From Geosiphon pyriformis uo1 (Eukaryota > Fungi > Glomeromycota): 64,000 nucleotides of DNA. The translations under genes were made by a program, and so were the position numbers. Where the stretch lies: assembly GCA_016748015.1 (NCBI GenBank), contig JAAOMT010000543.1, positions 62,001 to 126,000 of the forward strand. The letters run 5' to 3'. The notes below the pieces were generated by a model. That model did not search any database. It was not told where the DNA came from and worked only from the letters and a program-made list of their open reading frames with translations. Positions 40,301 through 54,196 of this stretch are shown piece by piece. How positions within the stretch are numbered: position 1 is the stretch's first letter; every line of letters starts with the position of its first letter.

Positions 40301-43300
40301 TAAATAAAATTGGAACTATTGTTGTTGTTATTATCAAAATCTAAATTGCAATTAAATTTTGATTCCAATTCTGAAATACAGCTGCTAATTGGTTCTTTCT
40401 TTTCAGAAATTGAGTAGATTATTTGTAATAATAGATTGTAAATAAAATCACAATTATTACAGTATTCAAAGTCACTAAGAATTAGACAATACTTACAAAG
40501 TCTGGCATTTAACTGTTCTAAATGCTGTTCTTGCTCTTTTCTAATTGGTGTTAGATTTTGGTAGTGTTTATGAAATTATTCAAAATTATTCTTAATGTCA
40601 TTAAAAATGTCAAAAATTAGGATATATTTAAGTTCAGGAAAAGTTAGTAGGTTATTTTTGATTTCCAGTAGTTTACTGAATGAAACACTTTTAGTTTTGC
40701 ACTTACTATTCTTCATATTTTATGTTCATTATGTGGATAATCTTTCAGATGTTTCATCACTTTTTTCCAAGTGACATTAATTGAAGTCTTTTTTTATATT
40801 CAGCTGTTAATTAAAATTGTATATTAACATAATTTATTGTATGTTTCTTGCCCAAAAATGTCATTCCATATTTTTTTGTTAAGAAGAATTGTTTTACATG
40901 TAAAACAAAGCTTATTGTTTTATTTTCTCTGTTATTTGAGTTGTCCAAAGTGTTTAAGAAAGCATGGTCAACAATAATACTTAATTGCAATCAACTATTT
41001 CTCATTATTGCCACAATATATGTCTATTGTTAACAATTTTTTGTTACAATTGACACATATTAGCTTGGATCAATAATAATTTGTCTAACTTTAGGGTGTA
41101 GTAGTGTATAGAATATAAGTAGAAATAATAGTTTGAAGTTAGTTTTCTTCTTTTTCCTTTCCTTTTTCTTTTTTTCTTAGGTAAGTACTAATAGTAATTT
41201 GTTGTGGTTTTTGTCAGTCCATAAAATTTGGTAGGCTTTTTAAATAGGTTTTTTTTCTTTTTTCTTTAGTTCAATTAGTGGTGTTTAGATGGTGTTGGTT
41301 TTAAAGTAACCACAAATAACAAATATCCGAATTTGCTGATTATTTTAACTAAGCTGTAGTTCTTGAGTGTTCTAGTCAAAAACAGTATTGGTCTTGGACA
41401 ACCAGTCATTACCAACTAGAGCTTAGTATTGGGTGGCTTTTATGAAAAAAATTTTGATGAGTGCTGTGATGCTATTGATTTCAAATAGAAAGTCATCAAT
41501 TTCACCAATGAGTGTTTTTGTTATTTTATTAGCAGTAATAATTCAGATGTTAGCAATTCAATTAACTTGGCAACCTAATTGGTTCATAAGTTGTTGTGTG
41601 ATGATGCTGCTTGCTAAATTACTATCAAAAATTAGCTTAATAGGATGGCTATTAACTTTAGCATTAGTATACATAATAGTAATAAGTTTAGTATTAAGAG
41701 TGGTTTCACTAAAAAGAGGATTAATATCAGTTCTTTGATTTCAAAAGAGAATATTGTAACAAGTGATTTGTCTTCTGTAATAGTTGCTGGTAAGATATTG
41801 TTGTTAATTAAGATATTATTGGATTCTATATTATTAGATAAAACATTTACTGGAATAATCAAGAGACTTAAATAGTCCTAAAAATTCAGGTTTTAGATAT
41901 ACCTAGTTCTTAAACTGTGCTAATGTGATTTTAATAGCTATTGCAATGAATTGAAGATCAGTTGGTATATAATTATTACTGATTTTCAATTTTGTGTGTG
42001 GTTAATTCTCAGTTTTTGGTTTCCAATTGGCACAGTAGTTTGGAGTAATATTTGAATTTGTTGATATTAATAAATAATTTGTGACTATGGCTAATATATT
42101 ACAGATGTTGAAGTTTGATACACTAGAGGTAAGTATATTAATTGTTGCATTATTGAGATTTAATAAGACTAATATTAATCTTAATTTGAATGATAATTCA
42201 GAGTTTGAAACTAATAATCAAAGTTTCTATATTAATTTCCTAATTATTAGTTATTAAGTCTAACATAACAATCTATTTTTAAATGTTTTTATTTACTACA
42301 ATAGTAGCAAATACAAGTTTCTTGTTGCTACAATGAATTTGTTGATGATGACATATACAACTGTCTTTGGAAACAATTAGAGTTTTTTTAATTTTCATAT
42401 TGTTATAAAGATTAATAGATAGCTTAATTATTGTTAGTTAAGTATCTCTTAATTTTTTGGTTGATTAAATTACTGAATTGTTTTAGTTTAAAATTTAATT
42501 TAGATGATTCATTCATTATTAAGTTTACAGCTTGAACATGGCTGGCTTCTAATTTAGCTAATTTAAAATCTTTGGCATGTATTACTGTATTCTGTAAAAT
42601 TTTTAAATATAATAGGTATATGCATTACAATAAACTGCTGTATAAGCCATAAATAAATTGGTTTAAAATCTGTAATACTGTAAAGTATTTAGTATTGATT
42701 GCTTGAATTTAGTGCAAATTTTTATGGAAGCATTCTAAGTAAATATTAAATGCTTTATTGTCATCTTGTTTAATTATCATAAAGCTAGTTGCTAAATAAT
42801 TAATTCTATTATTATTGCTCAAATATTATAAAAACTTGGTTTTGAACATGTCAAAGGTAAGAGGTTAATTGATTAAGCTCTAATATTATAAGTTGTCAAT
42901 ATTCTGTAGAAAGTATGAAATTGTTTGAAAAGTTTTAGTGTTATTTCAATTATTGACTGCAATTGCTTTGGTAATGTTGTTTAACTATGCTTAGACATTG
43001 TCTTCTTTGCTGATAAATTTTTCAATTTTGACAATAAGTATATATGCCATTGGTGTTATTATTTGCTATAGTTATAATGATTGTTGCAGTTGTTATTAAA
43101 CAGCAATTGGTGCAATTGGTAGTGAATCAATCACAATTACTAGAAGTAAGTTTTGCTAAATAATAGAAACAGAATTTGGATTGTTTGAGTGTTGCTAAGT
43201 TAAAACAATCAGAATTTGTATTTCCAGATTTTTTAGATTTGGGCTTTGCTTATTATTTTTCCAATTATTGTCTTTTTTTTCTTCAAAGTCAGTTATTTCT

Positions 43301-43993
43301 TAAGGACTAGTAGCTCCAAAATTTGGTTGTGGTGATAGTGATTGATGTTTTAATAGCATTGTTAATCATAAATTAAATTCCTTGCTATAAATTTTCAATA
43401 GTTTGGCTTTTTTTTGTTTGTTTTGAAACAGGATTTTTGCTAAGAGTGTTTTCACATTTGTTGTGAACACATTTGCTAATGTTATGTTGATAGTACTTTT
43501 AGGTATATAGTAATATAATAGATTGATTGGTGATTTAACTCTTGGTTTTTTCCAAGTAAGTGGTTGTATCTGCTTTAATATTTTTGCTGGTGTTTGCAAT
43601 TTTTTTTTTTTTTTGTTGGCAAAAGTAATAAAAAATTTTTGTTTAGTGTATTTTTTAATTTTCTTATTTATTTCTATAATTAATAGTGCAAATAAATAAT
43701 TTTGTAGAAGTATAATGCTTTAAAGTAGTTTATTATAGAAATTTTTAAGGACAGATTTTGGATGTTTTTGGCCTTTTAAGTAGTATACAATTTTTTTGTT
43801 AACATAATAATTGAAAACTGATTCTATTGATTAATTATTACTTATCAGTCCGAAATAAATATAATAATATTGGAATAATACTTTTATAAATTCCAAATGG
43901 TTGGTTTCTATTATTTCTAATTTTGTTACTGTTTTGAATATTTGTTGTTAGTGCTAGTTTTCTATTAAATTATACTTTACAGGAAACACTAAA

Positions 43994-44932
43994 TGTTACA
44001 GATAATTATTTGAAATGTTAATACAAATAACAAACCCATAATTTGGTGTTTAGTAGCTATTAATAATAATAATTTCTAAAAGTTTTTGTAATCTGAAGAT
44101 TTTGGTTGAGTCTTTTGTATAATAAACAGAGATTCAAGTATTGTTTTAGTAGTTTTCTGAAATGTTTATTCCATTAATTTCTGTCTTCAACATAGTGGTC
44201 AGTTTATTCTGGCAGTCATGTCCTTCTGGTAAGCTATTCTTAATTTTATGAGTTTCCTACCTTTATTTCATGAGTTTTTTATCAAACTATCCTTAACATC
44301 AAATTATTTAATGCTTAATTTTTTAATCAATTAATAGACAACAAAGAAAACAAAAAAGAATAAAATAAAAAAAATAAGAAAAAAAAATAAAAAATTAATA
44401 TCCTGTTAATAGCCATAATCAAAAATTATTGGTTTAATGTAATTAAGTATCAGTAATTATCAACATAAAGTATTGATAGTGGAAAAATTGATTAATATTT
44501 TTTAATTAACAATGATAACATGAATTGAAGGGTAATAAGTAATTTTATTAATATTGATAATTTTTACTTTAAGTTATAATATTCTATCTTTTGAAAAAAA
44601 GAGTATTTGGAACAATTAGTTATTTTTAATTTTTTGTCTGAGTTGATTTGAAAGTAAATTCTGTTTTTTTTGCTTTTAATACTCTTGTTATATATATATA
44701 TTTTTTGTTATATAAGATCTTACATATTTGTGAACAATGTGTAATAATTTTTTAAACAATACTCATATTGCTAAGTAATGTACTGTAATTTTCTAACAAT
44801 GCTCCACATTGTTGAACAATATGCTCTACTTCACTAACAATATGCTCACATGCTAATTACTATTTTTTTATTAGTTCATTTTTTTATCTGTTTTTCTTAC
44901 TACTTTTTTTGTACTCTTTTCTATAAATAACA
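43994..44932 (-). repeat. 5' LTR of Gypsy element (~939 bp)
   Basis: TGTTACA...TAACA; colinear with 32029-32951. Confidence 0.9.
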
Positions 44933-46540
44933 GTGACAAACCTATTATTTATTTCCAACAAAACCAGCGGGAAAGATTTAACATCTAAAAATGAACCAAT
45001 ATTAGAAAAAACCAAAAGTATTACATAAAAAGTAAATTACCAGCAATTTGAGTCCAGGTTTTTTTACTAAATAAACTAGATAAGCAATTGGTATCTGTTT
45101 TTTCTTATATATGTTTACCAAATAAATTTAATTCTAAGAATTGATCATTCTTCTATTGTAATCATTAGAATTTCTACTCACTAAATACATATTAAAAACA
45201 TGACCAAATTGTTTATATTAAGTACAACAGGCCAAAAAAAAACTAGTCCAATGCAAATTTACACTCTTAAAAATTGGAATAAAACCAATAACAGCTTTTT
45301 TAGAAGCTTTATCAGCAAAACAAATTACAGCACATCTGTTACACATATATGAACTTAGATTGTAGTTAATAGAACAAGTTTTTTTATTATATAAAACCAA
45401 TAGATTAAAAAAATTATAAGCACTTGTTCCAACTAAAAAAATATATAGCAAAGTCTGATAATAATTTCTAAACACCTATGTTTGTTTATTGTTAACAGTT
45501 AACATCATGTGTACAGAATTTTTTTCATGAGAACTAACCACTTAGATGCATTAAATTAGCAATATTAAATAATTTAAACTCAATCAAAAGTCTTTTGCTA
45601 TAAACCAATAAATTATATTTTAATTGACACAATTTTACCAAATTTAGAGAAAACTTATTCCACAGCCAATTTGAAAAGATTTACTATAATTTTTTTAACA
45701 ATTATTTTTTAATTTATACAATAGTTTGGTTTCTTAACATCATTATTTACCAAAATTTTTTCACTAATAGTTATTTTTTTAGTTTTATTTAAACTAAATT
45801 CAGAAATAAAAGATAATCTAATAATACTTAAAAATTTTGAGAAAGTTGATGCCTCTTCCAAAACTATTAACACAATAAAAAATCTTTTTTATATTCATTA
45901 ACTTATTATCAACAGTTTTTCTAGGCACAATAAAAGCTCAATATTTAACACAAAAAATTTTGCTAAACCAAAACTTTATTTTTTCTAAAACACATAATCT
46001 GATTAATAAAAACTGTCTGAAATCATTAAACTTAAATAACAGGAGCATTAAAACATTATTATCATTATTTAAATCTATAAAAGACAAAGTTTTTAACAGA
46101 TAACTCAATACATAAGTTTGAATACAGATCTTTCATAATGTTGTATCATTTATATTCTTATTAACCATTAAAGTATTCAAATCCACATAATTAGTTTTTT
46201 TGGCAACTATATTTTTTATATTTTTTATATTTAATAAATTATTGATACTATTAGCTTTACTGCCAATTTTACTTCTCTAAAACACTATAGACTTTTTACC
46301 AAATCTATTAATATCTTCAAGTCTTAAAAAACTAACAGACAAGTTGACCATACTAATGCTTACATTAGGCTTCTTTAACTTATTATAAAACACACTACAG
46401 AAATACACATTTTTTACACACTTTTTTTTGTGTTTAAATGGATTTTTAAACCAGCCAAACTTAAACCAAAATTATTAGCAAAAAAACCCATCAGTTTTAT
46501 TACAACAAAAAAAGATGTATTAGAAGAAATAACTGAAAAA
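44933..46540 (-). mobile_element. LINE copy C, 5' part (ORF1 and 5' UTR)
   Basis: ORF 45218-45475 (LLYIFLVGTSAYNFFN..KTCSINYN..NRCAVICF) matches ORF1 of copies A and B and continues across the Gypsy into 32028. Confidence 0.8.
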
Positions 46541-47108
46541 AAACAAAAAAAAATATTATTTTATATATATATATTAAATAAAGTTTTTTATAAATAAAAC
46601 ATAAAGATTTTTTGGTTTTTTGTTTTTTAATTAATTAAATGTTTTTTAAAAGCAAATTTTACAGTATTTTTGGTTTTTTTTAGTTAATATATAGTTAATT
46701 TTTATAAAAAAAAGTTGTTTTATATTTTTTGTATTATAATTTAAATATTTATATAATTGTTATTATTATTATTAAAATATATACAAATATAAATATAATT
46801 ATTTTTTTTATTTTTTTTAAATTAATAATAACAATAATCTAATATAATTGTTTTAATTTAAAAAATATTATAAATTTAAAAATTGATTATTATTTTAATT
46901 TTTTAAATTTAATCAACAATTTAATATAATTAAAACTTTAATAGTAAAAATAATATAAATTTTATAATAAAAAAACTTTTTTCTCTCATTCGTTCCAAAT
47001 TTCCAGAAAGAGTCAAAAGTTTTTTGAAAGAAGTTTTTTACCATTCAGTACGATAAATCTAAACCATTTTTTGATTACAAGGCTACTGTTGGCCTTGTTA
47101 TTGCTGTT

Positions 47109-48938
47109 ATGAAGAAGACTATTAAAAGTTCTGGTTCTGAAGATAGTTTCAAGACTATTGCATTGAGGAAGAAGAGGAAAAAAAGTGTATTGGAAGAGTG
47201 TATTGATAATAAAAGACTTGCTAATAAAGCTTCTGGTGCTCATTTATGGAGTTCTGAGGCTGGTGACACTACAGAGTCAGAGAGTATTGACATGGAAGAA
47301 AAGTGCTTGGTTGAAGAAACCAGTGTTGACTATGGTGAAAGTGGTGCTTTTGCAGGAGAAAACTCTGATCAAACACCAAAAGATTTGCATATGAAAACCA
47401 AGAAAGTGTTAGGAAAGCCTCTGAGTGTAATTGATTATGATACTGTCAATGCAGAAGATGATGTGTTGGATGATTTCTTTTTTTTCTCACCCCCTCTTTC
47501 TATCAAGCCATCCATTCAGGTGTCTGTTTGCAAATCTTTCGCTTTGGATATTGATCTTGTGGCCATTACTGAGAAATTCTTTCAGGAAAAATTGAATTTT
47601 ATCAAAAAAAAATTTTCAGGTGTGAATGATTTTGGGGGGGTCTCTACCCCCTCAAAATTTGGTGGTATTATCTGTGTGACTTTTACTTCTGAAAAAGCAA
47701 TAATAGCTGTGGCAAATTTGGCAAATGAGTGTGGTGTTATGGTAAATACTAATTTTAAGTGCTCTGGCTACAATCATATGAATCGGGCAATTGTGCTAAA
47801 AGAGATTTCTGTGGGAACTTCTATTGAGGCTGTGCATGCTGCTGTATCCGAATTTGGGATAATTAAGTTGATCAAAATGCAACTGGTGGGTTTGTGACAA
47901 AAGGCATTTGTTAAATTGGAGAATCAGAATCAGGCTGACCTTTTGGCGTCCATGTGGTCTATTCTCATTGGGAAAGATGCAGTTTGTGTGACCAGGGCTG
48001 ATATTGACAAACAAACATGGGACTCCAGAAACAGATTTAGGGCATTACTCTACACTCTTTCTGTAGGGACAAATGCATATGATTTGTGGAATTTTCTTGT
48101 TTCAGTTGGTGGGAAATCTACTTCTGGACTTGTTCATCCTTTAGTAGGGATATCCTTCATGTGTAATTCTGTCAACTATACTTGTGCATGCTGTGCCACT
48201 GTGTGTTTTGACTCTGAAGAAGATATGAACTGGGCTGTAGCTGTCATGCCAGTTATAAAGGGTGTTGGTCTCTACTGGTCACATTTGTCTTCTCCTATGT
48301 GCTCTGTTTGTGATTCTTTTGGCCATACTTCTTTGTTCTGTAAATCAGTTGGAGTTTCTCCTATTCCCAAGATCAAAAGGACTCCTCTCTCAGCTCATGA
48401 TTGATTTAAATTGGTGAAAATTTATGAAAAAAAATCAGCACCTATCTCCTGCTCTTTGGCTTTTGGTGGAAAAATTTGGGCTTTGGTGGCTGGCTTTTCT
48501 CTTTTAGGTGGTTCTCTTAGCTATAATTCTTAACTTGGTTCCTTAAGAAATGGTAAACCTCTCCTTCCTGTGGTGAACAATTTAGAATCACGTCTAGTTA
48601 ATATTAAAAGCAGTCTTGTTAGCCTCACGGAACAAATTAGAGAGTTGGCTAAGAGGTTGGAGTCATTTGTGCCAGTGGTTTCCCAGTCTAGCCTTGGATG
48701 TCAGCTGCTGGTAACCCCCCCATTACAGAATTAAGAAAAGGATATAGTGATGGAAGTGAGTTCAGATAAAGCCACTAGTGGCAAGACTGCTGCCATTTTG
48801 GGTTCAAATATCTCATCTGAAGTTGTAAAACTGGAAAACATGTTGGAAGATCTCTCTGCTTCAGTCATGAGCCTCTTGGCACACTTGGATGGTTTGGCTT
48901 TGGTGGGTGGTGCTCCTTCTTTACCTCTTTTTCAATGA
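47109..48938 (+). pseudogene. LINE A ORF1 (gag-like; RRM-like region, CCHC knuckle, coiled coil)
   Basis: One frame with in-frame stops; CSVCDSFGHTSLFC zinc knuckle. Confidence 0.85.
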
Positions 48939-51900
48939 GTAGTCTGGTATAGAAAATTGCAATGTGTAATGTTCGTGGATTGAACAATCCTGTGAAGCAA
49001 GATGATGTCATTTGTTGGCACAAGGATATGAACAATTTGGTTTCTATTTTTATGGAGTCAAAACTTAAAGGGAGAGTTTGCCCATGGTTGGCCAGCAAAT
49101 TTGATGGTGTTTGGGTTTTTACTTCTGATCTGGATTTTGGTTCTCTGGGTGCTAGTGTGATGATTGTCATGAATTTTTTTTTGGCTAAACATATCTGCAA
49201 GGTCTCTAAGGTGCCTGGTTGGCTCCTATCTATTAAGTTGCTTTTCAAGAATAAACTTTCAGTGTTTATTTTGGGGCTCTATGCTGGTGTTTTATTGGTG
49301 GTTCGGTTTTCTTAGACTGGTAAAATCAACTCTCTTATTGCTAAGATTGTTAATAAGTCTTTTTTTGTTATCCTTGGTGGTAATTTTAATGAAGATGGTT
49401 CTTGGAAGTGTGCGAGTTTTAAAAAGTGCCTTGAGTTGGGGTTGGTTAACTTTTTGATTGGAAGCATGGTCGTTAAGATGCCCACTTGGGCAAACTCTAG
49501 AGGTGTCATGAAGACTATTAATTATGTATTTGTTTCTCTGAATCTGGTCAATTCTTTGGTACATTGTGGTGTTTTAGATGTTGGTAATTATTTTGATACA
49601 GACCACCAAGCTGTGTCTGTATCTCTGGGCCTGGGTGGTTTACTGAATACACACTTGTTTTCTTTTCGCAAGCAAGCAAATAAAAATCATTGGAAATTTA
49701 ATGTAAAAAATGCCAGTGAGGCTAAGTGGCTTGAGTTTAAGAATGCTATGGCTGTTAACGCTGCTATGTTTTCAGATGTGTTTAGTGATACTGTGAAAGT
49801 TTCTGATCTTGGCACTATGTAGGATGTCATTTGCAAGATTTTGGTTCTCTCAGCTGGTGGTACTTTCAAAAAAAGATGGTTCAAGAGTTTTGATACAGTT
49901 CACAATAGGGTGTTATTTAGGTTTTACATGCTAGAGCTGTTGGTTTCCAAGCTAGTAAAGGCTTCTTGTTTGAGTTCTAGTGTCAGTTTTGCTTCGCTTT
50001 TGGTTACATAGGACAACCTTGACTCTGCTGATGTGTTATTGGTAAAATCTATGTTCTATTCTGGTGCTAAATTTGATAACATTCATTCTGCTCTGGCCAA
50101 AGCGAAGAGGTTATACCACTTTTCAAAATTGCTGAAGTCTAAGTGCGCTGAGGAATCTCACATTAGGCAGGCTATTAACAATAGAATGGAAAGTTTTGAA
50201 CTGGATAAGAGTCATACAATCAGAAGTGTGTTGGAGTGTTCTTTTTACAAAGTGGTTTTGGACCATCTGGTTGTGAATGATGAGTTGGTTCTTGAACCTG
50301 ATTTGGTGAAATCTAAGGTGGATGCTATTATGGAAAGATGAACCAGGAAATGTATAGTGGTTGATAATAACTCTGATACTTGGTTTCATCAATACAAACC
50401 TTTGGACTACATTTTTGATGATGTTTTTTTTGGAGTAATAAGTAAGATTGATGTTGATGAGTTGCTTTGTGTAGTTTCCAGTCTGCTTGACAGGAAAGCT
50501 GCTAGTCTTTCGGGTATCTCTAATGAGCTTTGGAAACATTGTGATAAATCAGTTTTGGGTTTGCTTTTGGTTCTTTTGAATTCTTGTTTGTCTTGTGAGT
50601 TGGTGCCTGGCCCTTGGAAGGAGGCTTGGGTTTTGATGATTCCCAAATCTTATGAGTGGGAGGGTGTTTTCATGAATACTTATCCTATTGCCTTAATTGA
50701 AACAGCTCGCAAAATTCTCTCTAAAATTCTTTCAGATAGGATTTCACTGGCTTGTAGCTCCTATGATGTTCTGTATGGTGACAATTTCTCAGTTTTAAAG
50801 GGTAAGACAACTCAATCTCCTATTTTTGCAGTTGGCTCAGTAATTGAAGATGCTTTGGAAAAGAACCAAGAACTCTGGCTTGTTCTGTAGGACATGCAAA
50901 AGGCATATAATTCAGTTGGCTGGAAGCATTTTGAGAGGAGTTTGGTCAGGATCAAAATGTGTAGTAAATTTGTTCACTTTTTTGGTAGTATTCATAAGGA
51001 CCGAACCAACTATGTTATGACAGATTTTGGTTTGACTGATGGTTACCAGGTGTTTGATGGGTTGGACCAAGGAGAAGTTTTTTCCCCTCTGCTGTGGTGT
51101 ATATTTTATGATCTTCTTTTGTGTGAAGTCAAGTGTCAAGGGAATATGTGTGGTTATAGGCTCAATTCTCATTTTGTTTCTAGAAGTGGTCACACTGAGT
51201 CTTAGGCTGGGCTTTCTTCCTTCTTTGCTGTTAGTGCTTTTATTGATGATACTATTTGGGTTGGTGGCAGTCAGGCTGCTATTCAGCATATTCTTGACAT
51301 TGCTAGTGAATTTTTTAGAGTCAATGATATTTTAATTAATAATGACAAAACTCTGGCCATTTCAATCAATTGCAGGGTTGGTGTTCCATCTCTTTTTATT
51401 AGTGGTTCGCCTATTTCAGTTGTCTGTAAAAGGGAATCTCATCAGTATCTTGGTATCTTTTTGTCGACTGAGGGTCTTTCAAAGCTTAGCTTGGCTAAGA
51501 CACATTTGGATGTTCATTTCTTTACTAATTTGGTTCTGAGGAAGGCAGTTTCAGATAAGCAATTTTTGTATCTAGTGTTAGCAGTTCTCTATCCCATAAT
51601 TGGCTACAGAATGTAGCTTGGCTATATTTTTGTTGGTGTGTACAATAAATGGGATGCTCTGATTCGCAGAGGCTTGAAGCTAAAAACTGGTCTCCCACTG
51701 GATTTTTCTAATGATACTATTTACCATCCTGCCTTTTATGGTTTAAAGTTATTTTCACAGTGTCAATCTGAGAGTAAAGTGGCTTCACTTATAAGTTTTG
51801 TGAACTCTGGTGGGATTTTGGAGTGTCTGTTTGGTCACAGGTCATATGATTTACAGATTCTGTGTTGACAGCCTGTTCACCCATTAATCTCTTCTGCTTG

Positions 51901-53602
51901 TATTCACATCAGTGTTTCTAATAATTTTTTGGCTGGTATGATTCGCATTCTTCTTGATTGCAATTTGTCTTTGGGTGGCTCTTTGACCAGTGCTTTTTGG
52001 TTTTATGACGGGGTTCCTATGTCTATTGTTCTTGGCGAGTCTTTGTTTTTCAAGTTTTTATCTTCTCTCTAGCGTTTTGGCATTGCCTTCGTGAATCAGC
52101 TTTGTAATTGACATAGTGTTGTTTTTAGCTGGTGCACCTTCAAGTGATAGAAGAGGCTGGACCCTCATGGCCCAGTTCCTGATTGGTTTGGACTTTCTGT
52201 TGTATTTCTTGTGGCTTTTCATTCCTCTTCTGCAGTCTTAGTTGGTGCTGGTCTTCTTAACTTTTGTGAATCTGATAATTTTGTGTCTGCCCACAATCGT
52301 CTTCCTCAGGTTAACATTAATAGTTTGTCAGTATATACAGATGGTTCTTTGAGGAATTTGGGCACAGTTGATTGCAGAGCTAGGGCAGCTGTTTTTTTTG
52401 AGAACATTGATTTGGGTGTGGATGTTGGTGTTCAAGGTTTAGTGTCATCTACTTTGGCAGAGTTACAGGCTATAGCATTGGCTTTGGAGTGCATGCCTGC
52501 GGCTTGTTCTGTTAATTTGTTTTCGGATAGTCAAGCAGCTTTAGATGCTTGTAAGTCTGAGTTAAGCCTGGTATGCCCTGACTTTCGCAATCAATGTTGG
52601 GTTGAGTGTTGGCATATTCAGAATGTTATTCACAGTAAGAATTTGAGAGTTAGCTGGCACAAAGTCAAGGGCCACTCTGGCATTTCAGGAAATGATTATG
52701 CTAATAGCATTGCTGATGCTGCTTCTCTATCTGGTTGGTATCTCCCTCCTTGTGTGGATGGACACTTTTTGTTGGCAGATAGTGGTGTTGTTTCTGGTAA
52801 TTCTAGACACTTTGTTCAAGATGTTTGTCATGTATGCTGGGAGGTTGGTTCTGGTTCTGGATTTCTGGCTAGTAGTTTGCATTCAAATGTTAACTGACTC
52901 AGCTCTTCTAGGGTTTGGCACCCTGATTTGCATATGGCCATTGGTTTCACTAGCAGGCTCACAGCTGATACTCGTACTTATCTTATGAAGGCTTTGCACT
53001 GTCAGCTTTCTGTGGCTGTTCGGAGGCACATTTACAATAAATGTTACCTTAGTGTTCTATGTCTGTATTGTGATAAGGTAGAGGTTTTTGATCATTTGTT
53101 TTCTTGTATGGTTGATGATTTGGCTTGTCATCAGGTCCTGGAATCCTGCATGTCTTCTTAAAGGTCACTTTCTGGACTCTTTCTTTCCTCTTCAGTTGTG
53201 TTGCAATTAATGTCGATCTGCACTCCAGATTTACTGGTCTTCTTGGCTCTTTACAAGGGTTTTGTTTTTAATGGTTGGCTTCAGGAGGCTGTTGCTGTTT
53301 TCTATGATCCCAAGATTGCTGGTGTTAAAATTACTGATTTTGTGCACTCTATATGTTTCACTTTTAGGAATAATATTTGGTTGGTCTGTGCCAAGCATCA
53401 TGTTTTTATGGAAAAAAATGGCCTGATCCCAGTGAATGGGTCGTTTGTCATCCCAGTTTCTGGTTTGGTTTTGAGGTTTTTAGCTGGTGTGGTTAAATTG
53501 CTTGGTATTACTAAAGCCTTTGGCATTCTTTTTGGCTTTCACAAGTCTTGTTCATTTTTTTTAGGTATTAGTGACCTGGTGTCTGTTAATATAGTTGTAT
53601 AG
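48935..53602 (+). pseudogene. LINE A ORF2: APE endonuclease - RT - RNase H - CCHC
   Basis: CNVRGLN, LGGNFN, TDH (APE); YPIALIE, DMQKAYNSV, GLDQGEVFSP, AFIDDT (RT); VYTDGS, AELQAI, SDSQAA, KVKGHSG..GN (RNase H); CLYC..HLFSC. All fragments lie in one frame, broken only by stops. Confidence 0.92.
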
Positions 53603-53699
53603 TGTTGTCTTGACTGGCTTGAGTGGCTGGTCACATATGGTAAAATGCATGATTCATGCCTAGTTTAGATCATTTTATTAAAATTTTTATTTTATTTTA

Positions 53700-54196
53700 T
53701 AAGTATTGGCTCTTTGCAAAAACTTTGTCTTTAATGATTGGCATTAAAAAGCTGTTTTTGTTTTTAGTGATTTCAAAACTGTGAGACTAAAAGTTATGAA
53801 TTTTGTGTATAATTTTTGTCTTGCTTATAGGGATAAAATTTGGTTAATTCATGCTAAAGACTATGCTTTTATAGAGAAAAATAACCTAATCTCATATGAT
53901 GATTTGGCTTTTGTTTTTGTTTTTGGGCTGTTTTTGGTATTTTCTGCTGGTGTGATAAAATTGTTTGGTATTATTAAAACATTTGGTGTAAGTTTTGGCT
54001 TATATAAGTCTTGTTTGTTTTTTTTGATATTAAGAATACAGTTTTAGTTTATATAGATGCTTAATGTTGTTCTGATTAGTTTGAATGATTGATTACATAT
54101 AAAAAAAGCATAATTTATACTTAGTTTAGATTAATTATATGATGTATTTTACTAAACAGTATTTGGACTTTATTTATAAAACATAAAAAAAAAATA
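53700..54196 (+). mobile_element. 5'-truncated LINE 3' end with A-rich tail
   Basis: ORF 53781-54047 matches the ORF2 C-terminus (IWLIHAK..EKNNLI); 3' UTR motif and A-tract at ~54185. Confidence 0.8.

Larger units (their letters stand above)
32029..44932 (-). mobile_element. Full-length degenerate Ty3/Gypsy LTR retrotransposon: gag - PR - Cys-rich spacer - dUTPase - RT - RNase H - IN
   Basis: Direct repeats 32029-32951 and 43994-44932 (TGTTA...TAATA/TAACA). Decayed PBS below 43993 and PPT above 32952. PR KLIFDSNLASSII (~41620); RT FNIMPFGLTNMPATFQ and VVYLDDT (~38840); IN CDAC and QTNGLVEKFNRIL. Flanks GTAG/GTGA are consistent with a mutated 4-bp TSD. Confidence 0.92.
46970..53680 (+). mobile_element. 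Full-length LINE (non-LTR retrotransposon) copy A
   Basis: 5' UTR, ORF1, ORF2 and 3' UTR all colinear with copy B. Exact ends and TSD not resolved. Confidence 0.92.

Noticed and set aside
46959-53702. ATTTTATAA as the TSD of LINE A
   Set aside because: Low-complexity AT match, and the 3' tail is not clearly defined.
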